DNA of 64,000 nucleotides from a virus. Each line of letters starts with the position of its first letter. Positions within the stretch are counted from its first letter, which is position 1. This document shows, piece after piece, positions 19,191-29,260 of the stretch. Both the position numbers and the translations under genes were made by a program. The notes under the pieces were generated by a model. It saw only the letters and a list, made by a program, of their open reading frames with translations. It did no database searches and was not told the DNA's origin. The DNA is taken from IMG/VR virus record IMGVR_UViG_3300021440_000014, positions 96,001-160,000 of that record, one strand, 5' to 3'.

Positions 19191-19658
19191 TTAATAAATT
19201 AAATATGACGGATTTTCCTTCCTGCATTTTAAAATTTCTAAAGGAGTTACTTCTCTTTCCGCGTAAAAATAGTTAGCTAAAAAGGTTCCTAAAACCACTT
19301 TCCTACTTTTATGAAAAGTAAAAACGAATCCGCGCTTACGTTTCCAAAAATTATTAACAAATCCAGTTAAATTTTCCAAACCCATTTGACAAACCGCATC
19401 TTGATCCCAAAGCATTAATACCTCTTTTACTGGAGTAAGGCTTCTGCATTTTCCTTTCAAAATTACTTTTTTGGGGTTCTCGTCATAAAATGAAATAGCG
19501 TCTTTTAATTCTCTAAAGACAAATACTTTTGAATTTTCAAATTTGGGATAATTCTTTTTAAACAAAAAATAATTTTGCTTACATTCCTTTGGAATGTCTC
19601 CAGCACTAATAAAATTATTATTATTTTTGGCCACCACTTTATAAACAGTATATCTCAT
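19191..19658 (-). CDS. hypothetical protein
   Basis: 155-aa ORF. Confidence 0.7.
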   Translation of the reverse strand: MRYTVYKVVAKNNNNFISAGDIPKECKQNYFLFKKNYPKFENSKVFVFRELKDAISFYDENPKKVILKGKCRSLTPVKEVLMLWDQDAVCQMGLENLTGFVNNFWKRKRGFVFTFHKSRKVVLGTFLANYFYAEREVTPLEILKCRKENPSYLIY

Positions 19659-19662
19659 ATAT

Positions 19663-19938
19663 TTAAATATCTAATTTTTCGCAAAGAGCTTTTACTTCTT
19701 CAAAAGTTCTGTTTTCATCATCGTTCCACGATGCTATTTTGTCTCCAATGTAACTCTTAACTTTAATAATAACCCTCCTCCTACTGTCCTCATCGCTATA
19801 ACATTTATTTATGGCTCCAAAAAGGCACCAGCAAGAAGCATTATTGTCGTTTATAGATACCCATTTACCGTTCTTATCTCTTGCTGAAGTTTTTTGCGTC
19901 CACTTTTCTTTTGTTGAGAAAAACTCTTTGATTTTCAT
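19663..19938 (-). CDS. DUF6197-like hypothetical protein
   Basis: WTQ...ARD...CWCLxGAI...WNDxxxRTxEEV. Confidence 0.7.
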   Translation of the reverse strand: MKIKEFFSTKEKWTQKTSARDKNGKWVSINDNNASCWCLFGAINKCYSDEDSRRRVIIKVKSYIGDKIASWNDDENRTFEEVKALCEKLDI

Positions 19939-19968
19939 ATTTAGAAGATAAAGTATTTTTACTAAATG

Positions 19969-20205
19969 TCAAGGGTTTAAAAACCACAAAGCTTTTTTAA
20001 GCGGCTCCGTAACGCATTTAATTCCTTCTTTTCTTCCCTGTCCATAAACGTCTACAACGATTCTCGTTAGAATACTACATAGCCAAGGATAATGCTTCTC
20101 TGGGTAATCTTTTACAGTAAAAGAATGTCTTACTCCATCCACTTCCAGAACAATTCTTGGAAAATTTTCATCACTTTTGTCTATTTCTGCACATTTTATA
20201 TTCAT
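19969..20205 (-). CDS. hypothetical protein
   Basis: 78 aa from ATG at 20205; the longer start in the ORF track lies in a terminator. Confidence 0.6.
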   Translation of the reverse strand: MNIKCAEIDKSDENFPRIVLEVDGVRHSFTVKDYPEKHYPWLCSILTRIVVDVYGQGRKEGIKCVTEPLKKALWFLNP

Positions 20206-20214
20206 AAAAAAGAT

Positions 20215-20246
20215 GACCCTAGCCGCTAACACGCGAATCTAGGGTC
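20215..20246 (-). terminator. intrinsic terminator ending the permuted tRNA-like RNA
   Basis: GACCCTAG/CTAGGGTC followed by T-run. Confidence 0.65.
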
Positions 20247-20249
20247 TTG

Positions 20250-20520
20250 TTTAATACAGGCTTTTAGCTTTATCGAACTAAGCCCAATCGTCTCTTAATC
20301 TAATCCCAACGTTTTACCGCTAAACTAGCGGGGCTAAAAATTGATATGGTGCCCCGCGCCGGATTTGAACCAGCGTATTTGGTTTAATTAACGACTCTCT
20401 TATTTCGACTTCTGTATTGGGTTTTTCAGCTTAGGGTAATAACTTGACATTCAATTTTAACTTGACTGCCTTAGAAACAGTTTTTAACCTTAACCTGAGT
20501 GGCGGTTTCCCGCCTACCCT
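20250..20520 (-). ncRNA. ncRNA with circularly permuted tRNA-like domain (20306..20382) retaining ACCA
   Basis: Order on minus strand: T arm, GCGGGGC-ACCA, 12-nt linker, GCCCCGC, D arm; flanks pair into a long interrupted rod. Outer boundaries approximate. Confidence 0.75.
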
Positions 20521-20523
20521 AAA

Positions 20524-21282
20524 TTACTTGCCAAAAACGTAACCAATAAGAGATTCTCCAATCTTGCGATCCTTATCAGTTTCCACTTCATTGGCGCGAC
20601 TACGAGCCTTACGAACTGCTCGGCCCAAAATTTCAATCCGGTTAAGAATATCAGACTTTTGCGCTGGAGTCAACAATCCGCTCCATTCCTGTTCTTCAAT
20701 TTCGCCAATTTCAACGTCCTTATCGACTAATTGAGTTTGCGCAGGATGCTCTACCGTAGGAGGATGAAGAACAATAACGACCTTCTCCTTCTTCGTGCGC
20801 TTCTTCTTAACTGAACGCGCAACGAAATACCCCTTGCCGCGAGCTTCATCAGGTCGGAATCCCTTTGCCGGATCAAGGGTAGGTGCCGCAGCAACGAGCG
20901 TTGCAAGTTCCGTAACGCGCTTTTCAAGTTCGAGAAGAGTTGTAGCGGGAACACCTGTTACCAACGTAACTCCATCTTCCGTAACAATATCGGCCCGCGC
21001 AATTGTATTGGCTTCGGCGATTTGATAGGAGGAGTCAATTGCCTTGATAAGGAAGGGTTTGATTGCCTGAAGTTCCTTCTCTACCGTAGTCTGAATATCT
21101 GATTGACTTTCAGTGACAGAAGATCCTTCTCCTGAAGGAGTAAATGTAACTCGCTTTTCCTCAAAAAGATGTCGCTTGCTCTCGAATGATTTCGTCAGAT
21201 CAGCGCGAACTTTTGAAGCCTGCGTCTCAAGCCCGCCATTAACCGCGAGCAATTCATGTAGTTTTGTCTTGTTATTTGCCAT
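20524..21282 (-). CDS. uncharacterised alpha-helical/coiled-coil protein
   Basis: 252 aa, KLHELLAV, VPATTLLELEK, PTLDP, HPAQ, AVRKARSRAN. Confidence 0.85.
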   Translation of the reverse strand: MANNKTKLHELLAVNGGLETQASKVRADLTKSFESKRHLFEEKRVTFTPSGEGSSVTESQSDIQTTVEKELQAIKPFLIKAIDSSYQIAEANTIARADIVTEDGVTLVTGVPATTLLELEKRVTELATLVAAAPTLDPAKGFRPDEARGKGYFVARSVKKKRTKKEKVVIVLHPPTVEHPAQTQLVDKDVEIGEIEEQEWSGLLTPAQKSDILNRIEILGRAVRKARSRANEVETDKDRKIGESLIGYVFGK

Positions 21283-21332
21283 ATTATTTATATATTACTT
21301 GTTTTTTAAAAATGGTCAATACAAAATAAAAA

Positions 21333-21352
21333 CCCCGGTTTTAAGCCGGGGT
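21333..21352 (-). terminator. intrinsic terminator
   Basis: CCCCGG/CCGGGG hairpin + T-run. Confidence 0.65.
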
Positions 21353-21370
21353 ATGATAAACTATTATTCT

Positions 21371-22297
21371 TTACTTAGCTGGAGTCTCGTTAAGCTCCAA
21401 GTATGGCCACCTGCCCTTTTCCTCTTCGCTAACTTCGCTCCACTTTTTATGATTACCGGGAGTTTCCTTAATCTCGTCAAGCTTTGAGAAAAATTGCTTT
21501 CGGAAAGAGGATAGCTGATCTACAATTTTCTTAGTCTTATAAGTCTTACTAACGAGTAGACATTGCGCGGAAACCGTGCTTACAGAGTTTGGACTCATTT
21601 TATTGTAAGTAATCGAAGTGGGTTTGTAAACCTGCTTCAAACGATCTACTACTCCGCTAGGGAAACTAAGCAGCTTATAGTCGCGACCAAGCTCTTCAAG
21701 ATTAGGCAGTGGCGCGGCACCGACAAATACGGCAGCATCAATAACCCCGCTATTAAGCGCATTCATTACATCTGCACCCTTCTCAAATTGTGTCACGTCA
21801 TAGCCAATTTGAGATTGAAGCCTAATAACCTGTGCTGTTACATAGCTTCCTCCTGCTGCACCGACCTTCATTCCTTGAAGAGAAGAAACGTCATTGATAA
21901 CAATAGGCTTCGCGCCGAAACCACCAAATCCACCAACAGCCCTCTTTGAAGTGCTCAAAGCTAGAAAATGAACATCTTCGCTAAAAAGAGCCAAGAGAGT
22001 CTTAAATCGGCTAAGATCCTCTGTCTGACCTCGAAAGTAGATCACATCAGAATGCATGAAAGCTGCATAAACTCGATTATTTACCAAAAGATCCAAATTT
22101 TCAATAGCTCCGTGACTTGGAACTTCCTTGAATACAATTCCAGAATCCGTAGTGACTGCTGAAATCTGCTTCAAGAACTGCTGATAAGTTCCAGAGGAAG
22201 ACCCTGCCGCTACAAGAAACTCAGTCTGAGCGTGTGTATTTGCGCCGATAAACAGCAATGTGATAAGTGCGATTATGTTTTTCATTTTGTTTTTCAT
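21371..22297 (-). CDS. TAXI-family TRAP solute-binding protein
   Basis: Signal peptide, GxxSGTY, SxGxxENL, AFxxSD, LFxExVH. Confidence 0.85.
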   Translation of the reverse strand: MKNKMKNIIALITLLFIGANTHAQTEFLVAAGSSSGTYQQFLKQISAVTTDSGIVFKEVPSHGAIENLDLLVNNRVYAAFMHSDVIYFRGQTEDLSRFKTLLALFSEDVHFLALSTSKRAVGGFGGFGAKPIVINDVSSLQGMKVGAAGGSYVTAQVIRLQSQIGYDVTQFEKGADVMNALNSGVIDAAVFVGAAPLPNLEELGRDYKLLSFPSGVVDRLKQVYKPTSITYNKMSPNSVSTVSAQCLLVSKTYKTKKIVDQLSSFRKQFFSKLDEIKETPGNHKKWSEVSEEEKGRWPYLELNETPAK

Positions 22298-22513
22298 AGA
22301 TTATTGAATTTTAATGTTAAATTGGCTATTGTCTTGATATTGTTGAGTAGGCTGCTCTTGATCTCTGTTCATTATCAAAAACAAGATACCAAGAATTAGA
22401 ATCAAAATTAATGTAGCGATTACTCTAAATTTCATAGTCTCAGTATCGTGTATTTTTTAAAAAAGTCAAGAGGGCAAAATAAATTACTTGCCCCCTTTTG
22501 TTTTTTTTCAATT

Positions 22514-23059
22514 TTAGAACGAAAGACCAATACCGACGTTATAGGTTAGCGGGCGATGACCTCTATCTCCAGTATAAATACTATAATTCAATCCAGCATA
22601 AATAAATGCATTGTCAGAAGTATAAAACTGCAAGGAAGCCTCTGGTCCCGTTCGGAATAGCGGCGAAGAATGCAAGTCATACGAAATTCCGGCACTCCAA
22701 CCAGTATTCAAATACAACTCCTTAAACAAATGAGTATTCCAGTCAGCGAACAAGTCTGTGGCACCCGAGAAACTCGGCTCCCAATAGACTCCTTGAGAGA
22801 GTCCAACCCAAACTTCCGGCCTAGACTCAAATGGATTACTAGACAAGGAAACATCCAGCCCTACGTTGTTTTTCCCGTTAATGTAACTTCCGCCGCCACC
22901 GAGAGTCAATTCGTATCCCCCAAATTCCTTGGCACCAGAAGAATTCGTAGAAACGCATGTCGCACTAACAGTAGCATTAGTGTTCGTTGACGCAGACGCA
23001 TTCAAATTAGCGAATGCAATCGCAACAGTGATGATTAATGTATTAATTGTATTTTTCAT
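22514..23059 (-). CDS. putative outer-membrane beta-barrel protein
   Basis: Signal peptide, amphipathic strands, C-terminal YNVGIGLSF beta-signal. Confidence 0.65.
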   Translation of the reverse strand: MKNTINTLIITVAIAFANLNASASTNTNATVSATCVSTNSSGAKEFGGYELTLGGGGSYINGKNNVGLDVSLSSNPFESRPEVWVGLSQGVYWEPSFSGATDLFADWNTHLFKELYLNTGWSAGISYDLHSSPLFRTGPEASLQFYTSDNAFIYAGLNYSIYTGDRGHRPLTYNVGIGLSF

Positions 23060-23158
23060 AAGATCTCAATCCTATCATGTTTTTTAGAACAGTCAAACGA
23101 AAATAAAAAAACCGTTTCCCTTTTGGAGGAAACGGCTAGTCTACTATATTTTATATAT

Positions 23159-24220
23159 TTAATCGCTATTCATCGGCACCACACAGCTAAACATAATAAG
23201 CTTAACAATCGCCATTACGTTAGGTTTAGGCAGACTATTACCTACTAGATCCACCTTCACTTTCGACGCAAGAGTCACGCCATTTCTAATAACGTCTTGA
23301 TATACCATCGTTCCGGTAAGTGAAGCTACGCTATTATCAACCTCAAAAAACGATGACTCGTCCGCCCGCTTTCCTCCTTGAAAAACTTCGTTGCCATTCG
23401 CCAATGGTTCGTTATAGCGCAAATCAAACTCGTATCTTCCTTGACCATCAGTAGCTCTCTTTGGGGACTCTATCCAACGAATAACACCTGATACGCGATC
23501 ACTCTTAACTGTTCCTGAAACATCCGTAAACTGAACAGTGACATTATTCCAATACCAAGCACTCTTATCGTAGTCGTAGAACAGATCCCCGTTAACTGTA
23601 ACTGGTTGATAAATTTGAGCAGGACCAGCAGCGATGATATGCTGGCGAAACTCCATCTTATCGTATTTATTAAGAACAGTTATATCAGCTTTTCCGTTAA
23701 TCATTCTCACAATGGGGATAGCCTCCTTCTTTAGTTTGTCAAGCCAGTCAGAGGGACGATTCAATGGCTTGCCATTTGCGTTACCAGAGAACTTGCTTGT
23801 AAAGCCACCACTTCTACCAATAGGTAGGACATCAACGCTAAGGTTATTGAAGTTATAAACCCCCTCTTGAGAGATAGGAACAGTTCCCAGCATCTTGCCA
23901 ACCATTCTTACATCTTGTGCGTTTCTTGGATTCACTACGCCAAGAGCCATATCATATTTGAGCTTACGGTTCTGAGTAACGCTCTTAGAGAATGTTCCCT
24001 CAACGATTTGAGGATAGTCGTAAATGTTACCAATAAATACAACGCTGTTATCAACATTAATGTTAAAATGATAAACGTCATTGGTTCCCTTTTTGTCTGG
24101 AAACTGTTTTGTAAGATAGGAGATATTGATATCTCCATTTACTTTAACCGGCGCATTTGATTGAGAGAATCCAATTTGAATGAACAAATTAAGGATAATA
24201 ATTGCAATTATGTTTTTCAT
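23159..24220 (-). CDS. hypothetical secreted beta-rich protein
   Basis: 353 aa, signal peptide. Confidence 0.8.
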   Translation of the reverse strand: MKNIIAIIILNLFIQIGFSQSNAPVKVNGDINISYLTKQFPDKKGTNDVYHFNINVDNSVVFIGNIYDYPQIVEGTFSKSVTQNRKLKYDMALGVVNPRNAQDVRMVGKMLGTVPISQEGVYNFNNLSVDVLPIGRSGGFTSKFSGNANGKPLNRPSDWLDKLKKEAIPIVRMINGKADITVLNKYDKMEFRQHIIAAGPAQIYQPVTVNGDLFYDYDKSAWYWNNVTVQFTDVSGTVKSDRVSGVIRWIESPKRATDGQGRYEFDLRYNEPLANGNEVFQGGKRADESSFFEVDNSVASLTGTMVYQDVIRNGVTLASKVKVDLVGNSLPKPNVMAIVKLIMFSCVVPMNSD

Positions 24221-24344
24221 ATTTTATTGATTTTCTTCGATTTGATCTACGGAAACTTCTTCGCTTTTATTGCTAGTAAGGATAAACAATCCAAAAAGAA
24301 TCACAACAATAATCACTAAAGATATTACTTTGTATTTCATTTGA

Positions 24345-25082
24345 TTACAGGGACAAGGGTTTAAGAGAGCCGTCTTCGCTTGATTCCTTTTTCGAGATTT
24401 TAACCTCTTCCTTTTCGTCCGCTGGGGCGTTAAGGAGCGATGTTTCAAGCTCAGAGAATGCGCGATTCATCCCGTCCTGAATAGAGAGCAACGCGACATC
24501 GTTCATGATCTTCGTCTGGAATTCCTGACCAAGATCAAATAGCTCCTGAGCCTTGGCGAAAGACTTTGCAATCTCCCATTCCTGTCTTTTTTCTTCAATA
24601 GTCTGCTCAAAAATTTCCAACTCCTTTTTGGCACGTTTATAGGCGGCACTTCGGACATCAATCAATTGCTGAAGCTTGACAAGCTTTGGCTCGAAATGGC
24701 TAGGCTTTCCGGGGAACTTCTCCTTAAAGGTAGTAACCTGACCATGAACGTTCTGCAACACAACATACGTATCGCGAATATTAGTCTCTCTCGCAGCTAA
24801 TTCCTCCTTACGACGCTTCCATTCCGTTTCAAGTGTCTCAATAGGGTTTGCGGCAGCTTCGGCTTTCAGTGCTTTAATTCTCCAATTGCCGATCTTTACG
24901 GCGACCAATGGAGCAAATTGAATTGCTGCAAAAGCAATCACAAATGCTACAATAAGCCCAACCAAGCCTTTAATAGCAATGAAGACGAATGGGGCGACAA
25001 CGAAGCCAATTACTGAAAAAATCAGCAGCTTCACCAATGTTTCTGTTCTTTGTTTCTTTTGTTCAATAGATATAGTTTTCAT
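24345..25082 (-). CDS. membrane-anchored coiled-coil protein (PspA-like architecture)
   Basis: Two TM helices, then NPIETLE and a long coiled coil. Confidence 0.7.
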   Translation of the reverse strand: MKTISIEQKKQRTETLVKLLIFSVIGFVVAPFVFIAIKGLVGLIVAFVIAFAAIQFAPLVAVKIGNWRIKALKAEAAANPIETLETEWKRRKEELAARETNIRDTYVVLQNVHGQVTTFKEKFPGKPSHFEPKLVKLQQLIDVRSAAYKRAKKELEIFEQTIEEKRQEWEIAKSFAKAQELFDLGQEFQTKIMNDVALLSIQDGMNRAFSELETSLLNAPADEKEEVKISKKESSEDGSLKPLSL

Positions 25083-25130
25083 ATTTTTATCAGTTGCTAT
25101 GTTATTTTATTTTTTTGTTTTAGTCAATGT

Positions 25131-26126
25131 TTAATTTTCAATAGCAAAAGGCTCAGACAATATTTTAAAGCTCATTCTGCCACCTAAAACCTCGCTTTGT
25201 TGTTCTTTACAAGGTCTGCATACTATACCCTCTGCGCTGACGCCCTTTAAATATTCTTGCTCGTTAGCCATATTAATAAGCTGCTCTAAGCTGAAATTAA
25301 ATTTTCCTGCCCAAACTACAGGGACAAATGGTAAATTATTTTCAACACAAAATTCCATGAAAACATCAAAATCCGCATATTTACGATGCTTTATGCTAAA
25401 AAAGTTAAACAATGCAAGACTTATTTTTTCGGCTTTCATTGGGTTCTTTTGGATTCCCGGTCCATAGACTTCACCTTGCACAGCATAGTCTCCGGGGAAT
25501 TTAGCTCTAAAAGCTCTCAAAGCTTCTTCTATTTTATATTCTCTAGCAACTTTCCAAAAACCATTCCCCTCTTCTTCTTTTAATTCTAAATTTCTGGAGC
25601 AAACTCCGAATTTTTCGTCTTTAAGATAGAAGGTTCCGCTACTTCCATCCATTTTTAATGTAATACAAGATTCCTTGCCTTGGAGTTCTTTTATTACATC
25701 TGGATAGGTTCTACCATTCAATTCGTCTGTCCTCTTTAAAAAAGATGGGAAACTACCTTCTACTTTTCCGGCTAATTGTGCGGGAACCGGCTTTTCATAT
25801 TTCTGAATACCAGTTTGCTCCGTAACGTCCATTCCTTCGACAATACTATCTTTGTCCAAGAGAATATTGATAGGTAACGCAAGTCCTTCGGAATACTGCC
25901 CCTTAAGGCGAATGGTTTTTAATCTAAAATTCTTATTTCTAAGAAATTCATATTCTGGTTTTTGTGGCAAAATAGTATCGGAATAGTGATAAACACATAA
26001 ATCGTTTTCCTGAAACTCATTTTTCTTGACGACTACCTTATAACCAAGGATATCCGCAACCAAAATGTTATCTGCCCCTTCAATAGGGGAAAGCTTTTTT
26101 ATTCTTTCTATACTAGCTAATTTCAT
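25131..26126 (-). CDS. ATP-dependent RNA ligase, DRB0094 family
   Basis: N-terminal OB fold (PIEGAD, LKGQYSEGL), KMDG, QGE, EGIV, SFK motifs. Confidence 0.9.
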   Translation of the reverse strand: MKLASIERIKKLSPIEGADNILVADILGYKVVVKKNEFQENDLCVYHYSDTILPQKPEYEFLRNKNFRLKTIRLKGQYSEGLALPINILLDKDSIVEGMDVTEQTGIQKYEKPVPAQLAGKVEGSFPSFLKRTDELNGRTYPDVIKELQGKESCITLKMDGSSGTFYLKDEKFGVCSRNLELKEEEGNGFWKVAREYKIEEALRAFRAKFPGDYAVQGEVYGPGIQKNPMKAEKISLALFNFFSIKHRKYADFDVFMEFCVENNLPFVPVVWAGKFNFSLEQLINMANEQEYLKGVSAEGIVCRPCKEQQSEVLGGRMSFKILSEPFAIEN

Positions 26127-26170
26127 ATATTATAATTATCGTTTTGATTAGTGAAATGTCAATTTAAAAT

Positions 26171-26890
26171 CTATTTTAATTGAAAATATGCATACCCTAC
26201 ATTTTCATATTCTTCAAATTTTAATAGCCTATGACTTGTGAACTTATCCCTAATCCAACTTAGATTTACAATAGGTTTATGATATTCTATAACTATATAC
26301 TTACATTTACTTAAAAAATATGCTTCTAGAGGATCTGATAAAAGATCATACTCTGCCCCTTCTATATCTATTTTCAAAAGATCGCATGGTGTTGACATGA
26401 AAGTTGCCCATGCATCGGAGATTCTAATTTTTTCTTCTCCTAATTCCGAGCCGTAAACTATTTTAGACTCTGGAGAATGACTGTTTTCTATAAATTTACC
26501 TCCGCTATATCCAACTAAACCTTTTAAAACATATACATTATCGGTGGCAGAATTAAGCTTTAAATTTGATAGACACTTTTTTATAGCCGTATCGCTTGCG
26601 TCTACAGCCATTCCTGAAATTTTATTCTTAATGTTATTACAAAGCCATAATAAAAATAAACCTTTATTACATCCTACGTCATATACATAATTAAAATCCC
26701 ATTTAAGAATTATATCTGAATAGCCTAATCCATTCTTAATTCCATCTTTATTTGATTTCCAATCTTCTAAATCATAATTAAGATATTTTATTTTACCATA
26801 ACTATTCAATTTAGGATATGTAAAACAATATTTGTTTATTTTCTTTACAATTTTTTTGTACAAGGAAGTTTTTTTGAATTTATTAATCAT
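26171..26890 (-). CDS. FkbM-family SAM methyltransferase
   Basis: DVGCNxG, LKIDIEGAE, IEYH. Confidence 0.8.
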   Translation of the reverse strand: MINKFKKTSLYKKIVKKINKYCFTYPKLNSYGKIKYLNYDLEDWKSNKDGIKNGLGYSDIILKWDFNYVYDVGCNKGLFLLWLCNNIKNKISGMAVDASDTAIKKCLSNLKLNSATDNVYVLKGLVGYSGGKFIENSHSPESKIVYGSELGEEKIRISDAWATFMSTPCDLLKIDIEGAEYDLLSDPLEAYFLSKCKYIVIEYHKPIVNLSWIRDKFTSHRLLKFEEYENVGYAYFQLK

Positions 26891-27699
26891 TTTGCTCCTG
26901 TGCAGTTTTTACATATCGAATAAGGTGTGCCGCCATTCCTAAGCTCTTTTCTAGCCTTTTTCCATTTTTTATTCCCTCTCCAAATATCTAATATAGGCTC
27001 ATGGATAACATTTCCTTCTATGTTTTCATGTTTGTAATCGCAGCAGCAAATAGATATATCTCCGTTAATTCGTATCGGTAAAACTCTTTTTGGGCTATTA
27101 CAGTATCCAAGCTTAGGATTATTAACTGCTACTACTCCAGCAATGTTCATTAATTCCTTCTTATCTATCTTTGAATAAGTGAAAATATATGGATATTTAT
27201 CACAAATAAGCTTTATTCTTTCTTCCCATCCCGGTTTAAGCGGTGGATGCTGAGTAATAGCAACCCTTTCAACTCCAGATTTTACCAATCTGTCAGCCAG
27301 TTCCATCGTCAAAAGATCTCCATTCGTAAAAATAATAGGCATTGACTTCGGAAGTTCTCTTTTTGTTTTTTCAATAAAAAAACATATCTCTGGATTAAGA
27401 AGAGGCTCGTTTAAATAGTGATATCCAACTGGACCAGCCCAATTGATTTGTTTTAGTCTACTGATTATTATATTAAAAATACCAATACTTATAAATTCTG
27501 GTTTTATCGGCGCAACGCTATTTGGGCAGTAATAGCAAGCCCTATTACATTGCGTGGAAGTCTCTATCCAGATAGCTTGAGGAAAGCGAAAATCTCGATA
27601 TTTTATAAAATTATATACTGAAATATATAGTAATTTTAATTTAAAAATTAGACTAAAGTGATTGAATCTCCTTAAGAAAGAGAGAGCTATATTTCTCAT
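26887..27699 (-). CDS. radical SAM/SPASM protein
   Basis: CNRACYYC, NEPLL, TNG, C-terminal CC...CxxC. Confidence 0.9.
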   Translation of the reverse strand: MRNIALSFLRRFNHFSLIFKLKLLYISVYNFIKYRDFRFPQAIWIETSTQCNRACYYCPNSVAPIKPEFISIGIFNIIISRLKQINWAGPVGYHYLNEPLLNPEICFFIEKTKRELPKSMPIIFTNGDLLTMELADRLVKSGVERVAITQHPPLKPGWEERIKLICDKYPYIFTYSKIDKKELMNIAGVVAVNNPKLGYCNSPKRVLPIRINGDISICCCDYKHENIEGNVIHEPILDIWRGNKKWKKARKELRNGGTPYSICKNCTGAK

Positions 27700-27703
27700 T
27701 TTA

Positions 27704-27889
27704 TTAAACAGATGATTTGTCCTCTAAATCTGCCTTCAAAAACGCAACAGCGTAAATTAAAGGTATAAATATATAAAATTTATCTGTTTTGGCCATTAAA
27801 TAAAAAGAAAATGAACAAAATAAAATATCATATAAATTAATAGTTTTTCTGGCTAAAAAATTGTTTACTTTTGTCAAAACTGTTTTCAT
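27704..27889 (-). CDS. small membrane protein
   Basis: 61 aa, hydrophobic. Confidence 0.5.
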   Translation of the reverse strand: MKTVLTKVNNFLARKTINLYDILFCSFSFYLMAKTDKFYIFIPLIYAVAFLKADLEDKSSV

Positions 27890-27976
27890 ATATTCATATT
27901 ATATCCTTTTTATAAAAAGACAATAAAAAAACCCAGAAATCTTTCGACTTCTGGGCTTGGCTATAGACTCCGCAAA

Positions 27977-28201
27977 TTACTTAGGTTGTTCTTCTTTTTC
28001 GCCGAACCTCTGGACAGTTTTACCGGCAACAGCCACGCCAAACATGGTTATAACACTTTCTGGCACGGGCTGCAAAGCTAGAGACTTAACTGATAGATAA
28101 ATCCAAGGAACAAGAATACCAAAAGCCCAAGCTATTAAAATTAACCTAGAACTACTTAGTCCACCGCTATTATCTTGAAAGAATTCTAATAATTTATTCA
28201 T
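27977..28201 (-). CDS. holin-like small membrane protein
   Basis: 74 aa, DxxGxLSSxR, two TM helices, charged C-terminus; GTGTAA motif upstream. Confidence 0.55.
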   Translation of the reverse strand: MNKLLEFFQDNSGGLSSSRLILIAWAFGILVPWIYLSVKSLALQPVPESVITMFGVAVAGKTVQRFGEKEEQPK

Positions 28202-28268
28202 ATTATGATTTACACATAATATGGGCATTTTTTACCACTTTCTATCTTTTGAAGATAGATGTCAGCCA

Positions 28269-29108
28269 TTAGCCTAGTTTATTAATGATATCCATATAAT
28301 CGCAGTCAAATAGTATTAAAAACCCGCTTTGATGAATGAATTTTACTCCGTCTAAATTTTTACATACATTAAAATCAATTAATGGGTTTTTTCTGGTAAG
28401 TCTATATTTACCATCTATTCTAGTATTTAAAGCTAAAGTAATATCAACTCCGTTTTTCTTTTCAAACTCAGAAGCGGGAATTGAATGTGTAGCCTCTACT
28501 TTTAAAGAAGTATAATCTGCAATAGTTAATCCATTCGTCAATTTAATAATTTTAGCCTTTTCATCTACTTCTTCTTTGTAAATTAAATATTCTTGATAGG
28601 AGTCTACTATAAAATCACCAATTGATGTCATTATACTCCCCAAATTGCTGGTTCTTTCTACTTCTGTGTATCCAGAGAATATATCTATCATTGCTTTTTC
28701 CACGGGAGAAAATACAAAAGGAATAGATTCGTTTGGGCATTTTAAAAAATTAGCTAATTTTTCAGGACCGCAATGATCGTAAATTTCAGTAGCCTTAATC
28801 CAAGGAGTAGCATTATAATTTCTCATTCCTAGATAATCCAATAAAAGAGTAAAGGCACATTGTTCCCCTCCTTTAATTTGATGGTGATCAAAATTAAGAA
28901 GATCCTCAGAATGTATTTTGCCAAAATCGCAAATTATACAATTTGGATCATTAAGCTCTTCGTCTGTCGGCCAAGTCTTTCTTTGAATCTTATCAACATT
29001 TGACAATGATAAAATCAAACAAGCACAAAGGAAATCATCTAAATGAGCATACCCGTCATGAACTATAGCCTTGGTTACTCGATCTAAATTTGGAATTAAT
29101 TTTTTCAT
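28269..29108 (-). CDS. MYG1-like DHH-fold nuclease
   Basis: HDGxxHxDD, FDHHQ, FIHxSGF. Confidence 0.75.
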   Translation of the reverse strand: MKKLIPNLDRVTKAIVHDGYAHLDDFLCACLILSLSNVDKIQRKTWPTDEELNDPNCIICDFGKIHSEDLLNFDHHQIKGGEQCAFTLLLDYLGMRNYNATPWIKATEIYDHCGPEKLANFLKCPNESIPFVFSPVEKAMIDIFSGYTEVERTSNLGSIMTSIGDFIVDSYQEYLIYKEEVDEKAKIIKLTNGLTIADYTSLKVEATHSIPASEFEKKNGVDITLALNTRIDGKYRLTRKNPLIDFNVCKNLDGVKFIHQSGFLILFDCDYMDIINKLG

Positions 29109-29260
29109 ATTTTTAATTGCAATTTATATTATTACAAATACCCCTACCCCTAGAAGTATAATTAAGGCGACCGTTGCATTTATAACAAAATCCAAAGAAA
29201 GCCCAAATTTTTCTCTTGTAGTAAATTCTTTTATATTCTAATTTTTGCCAGTTCACAAGC

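Noticed and set aside
20306-20382. Two-piece tmRNA
   Set aside because: No G3-U70 alanine determinant, no evident tag frame, and a complete one-piece tmRNA exists at 36600-37038.
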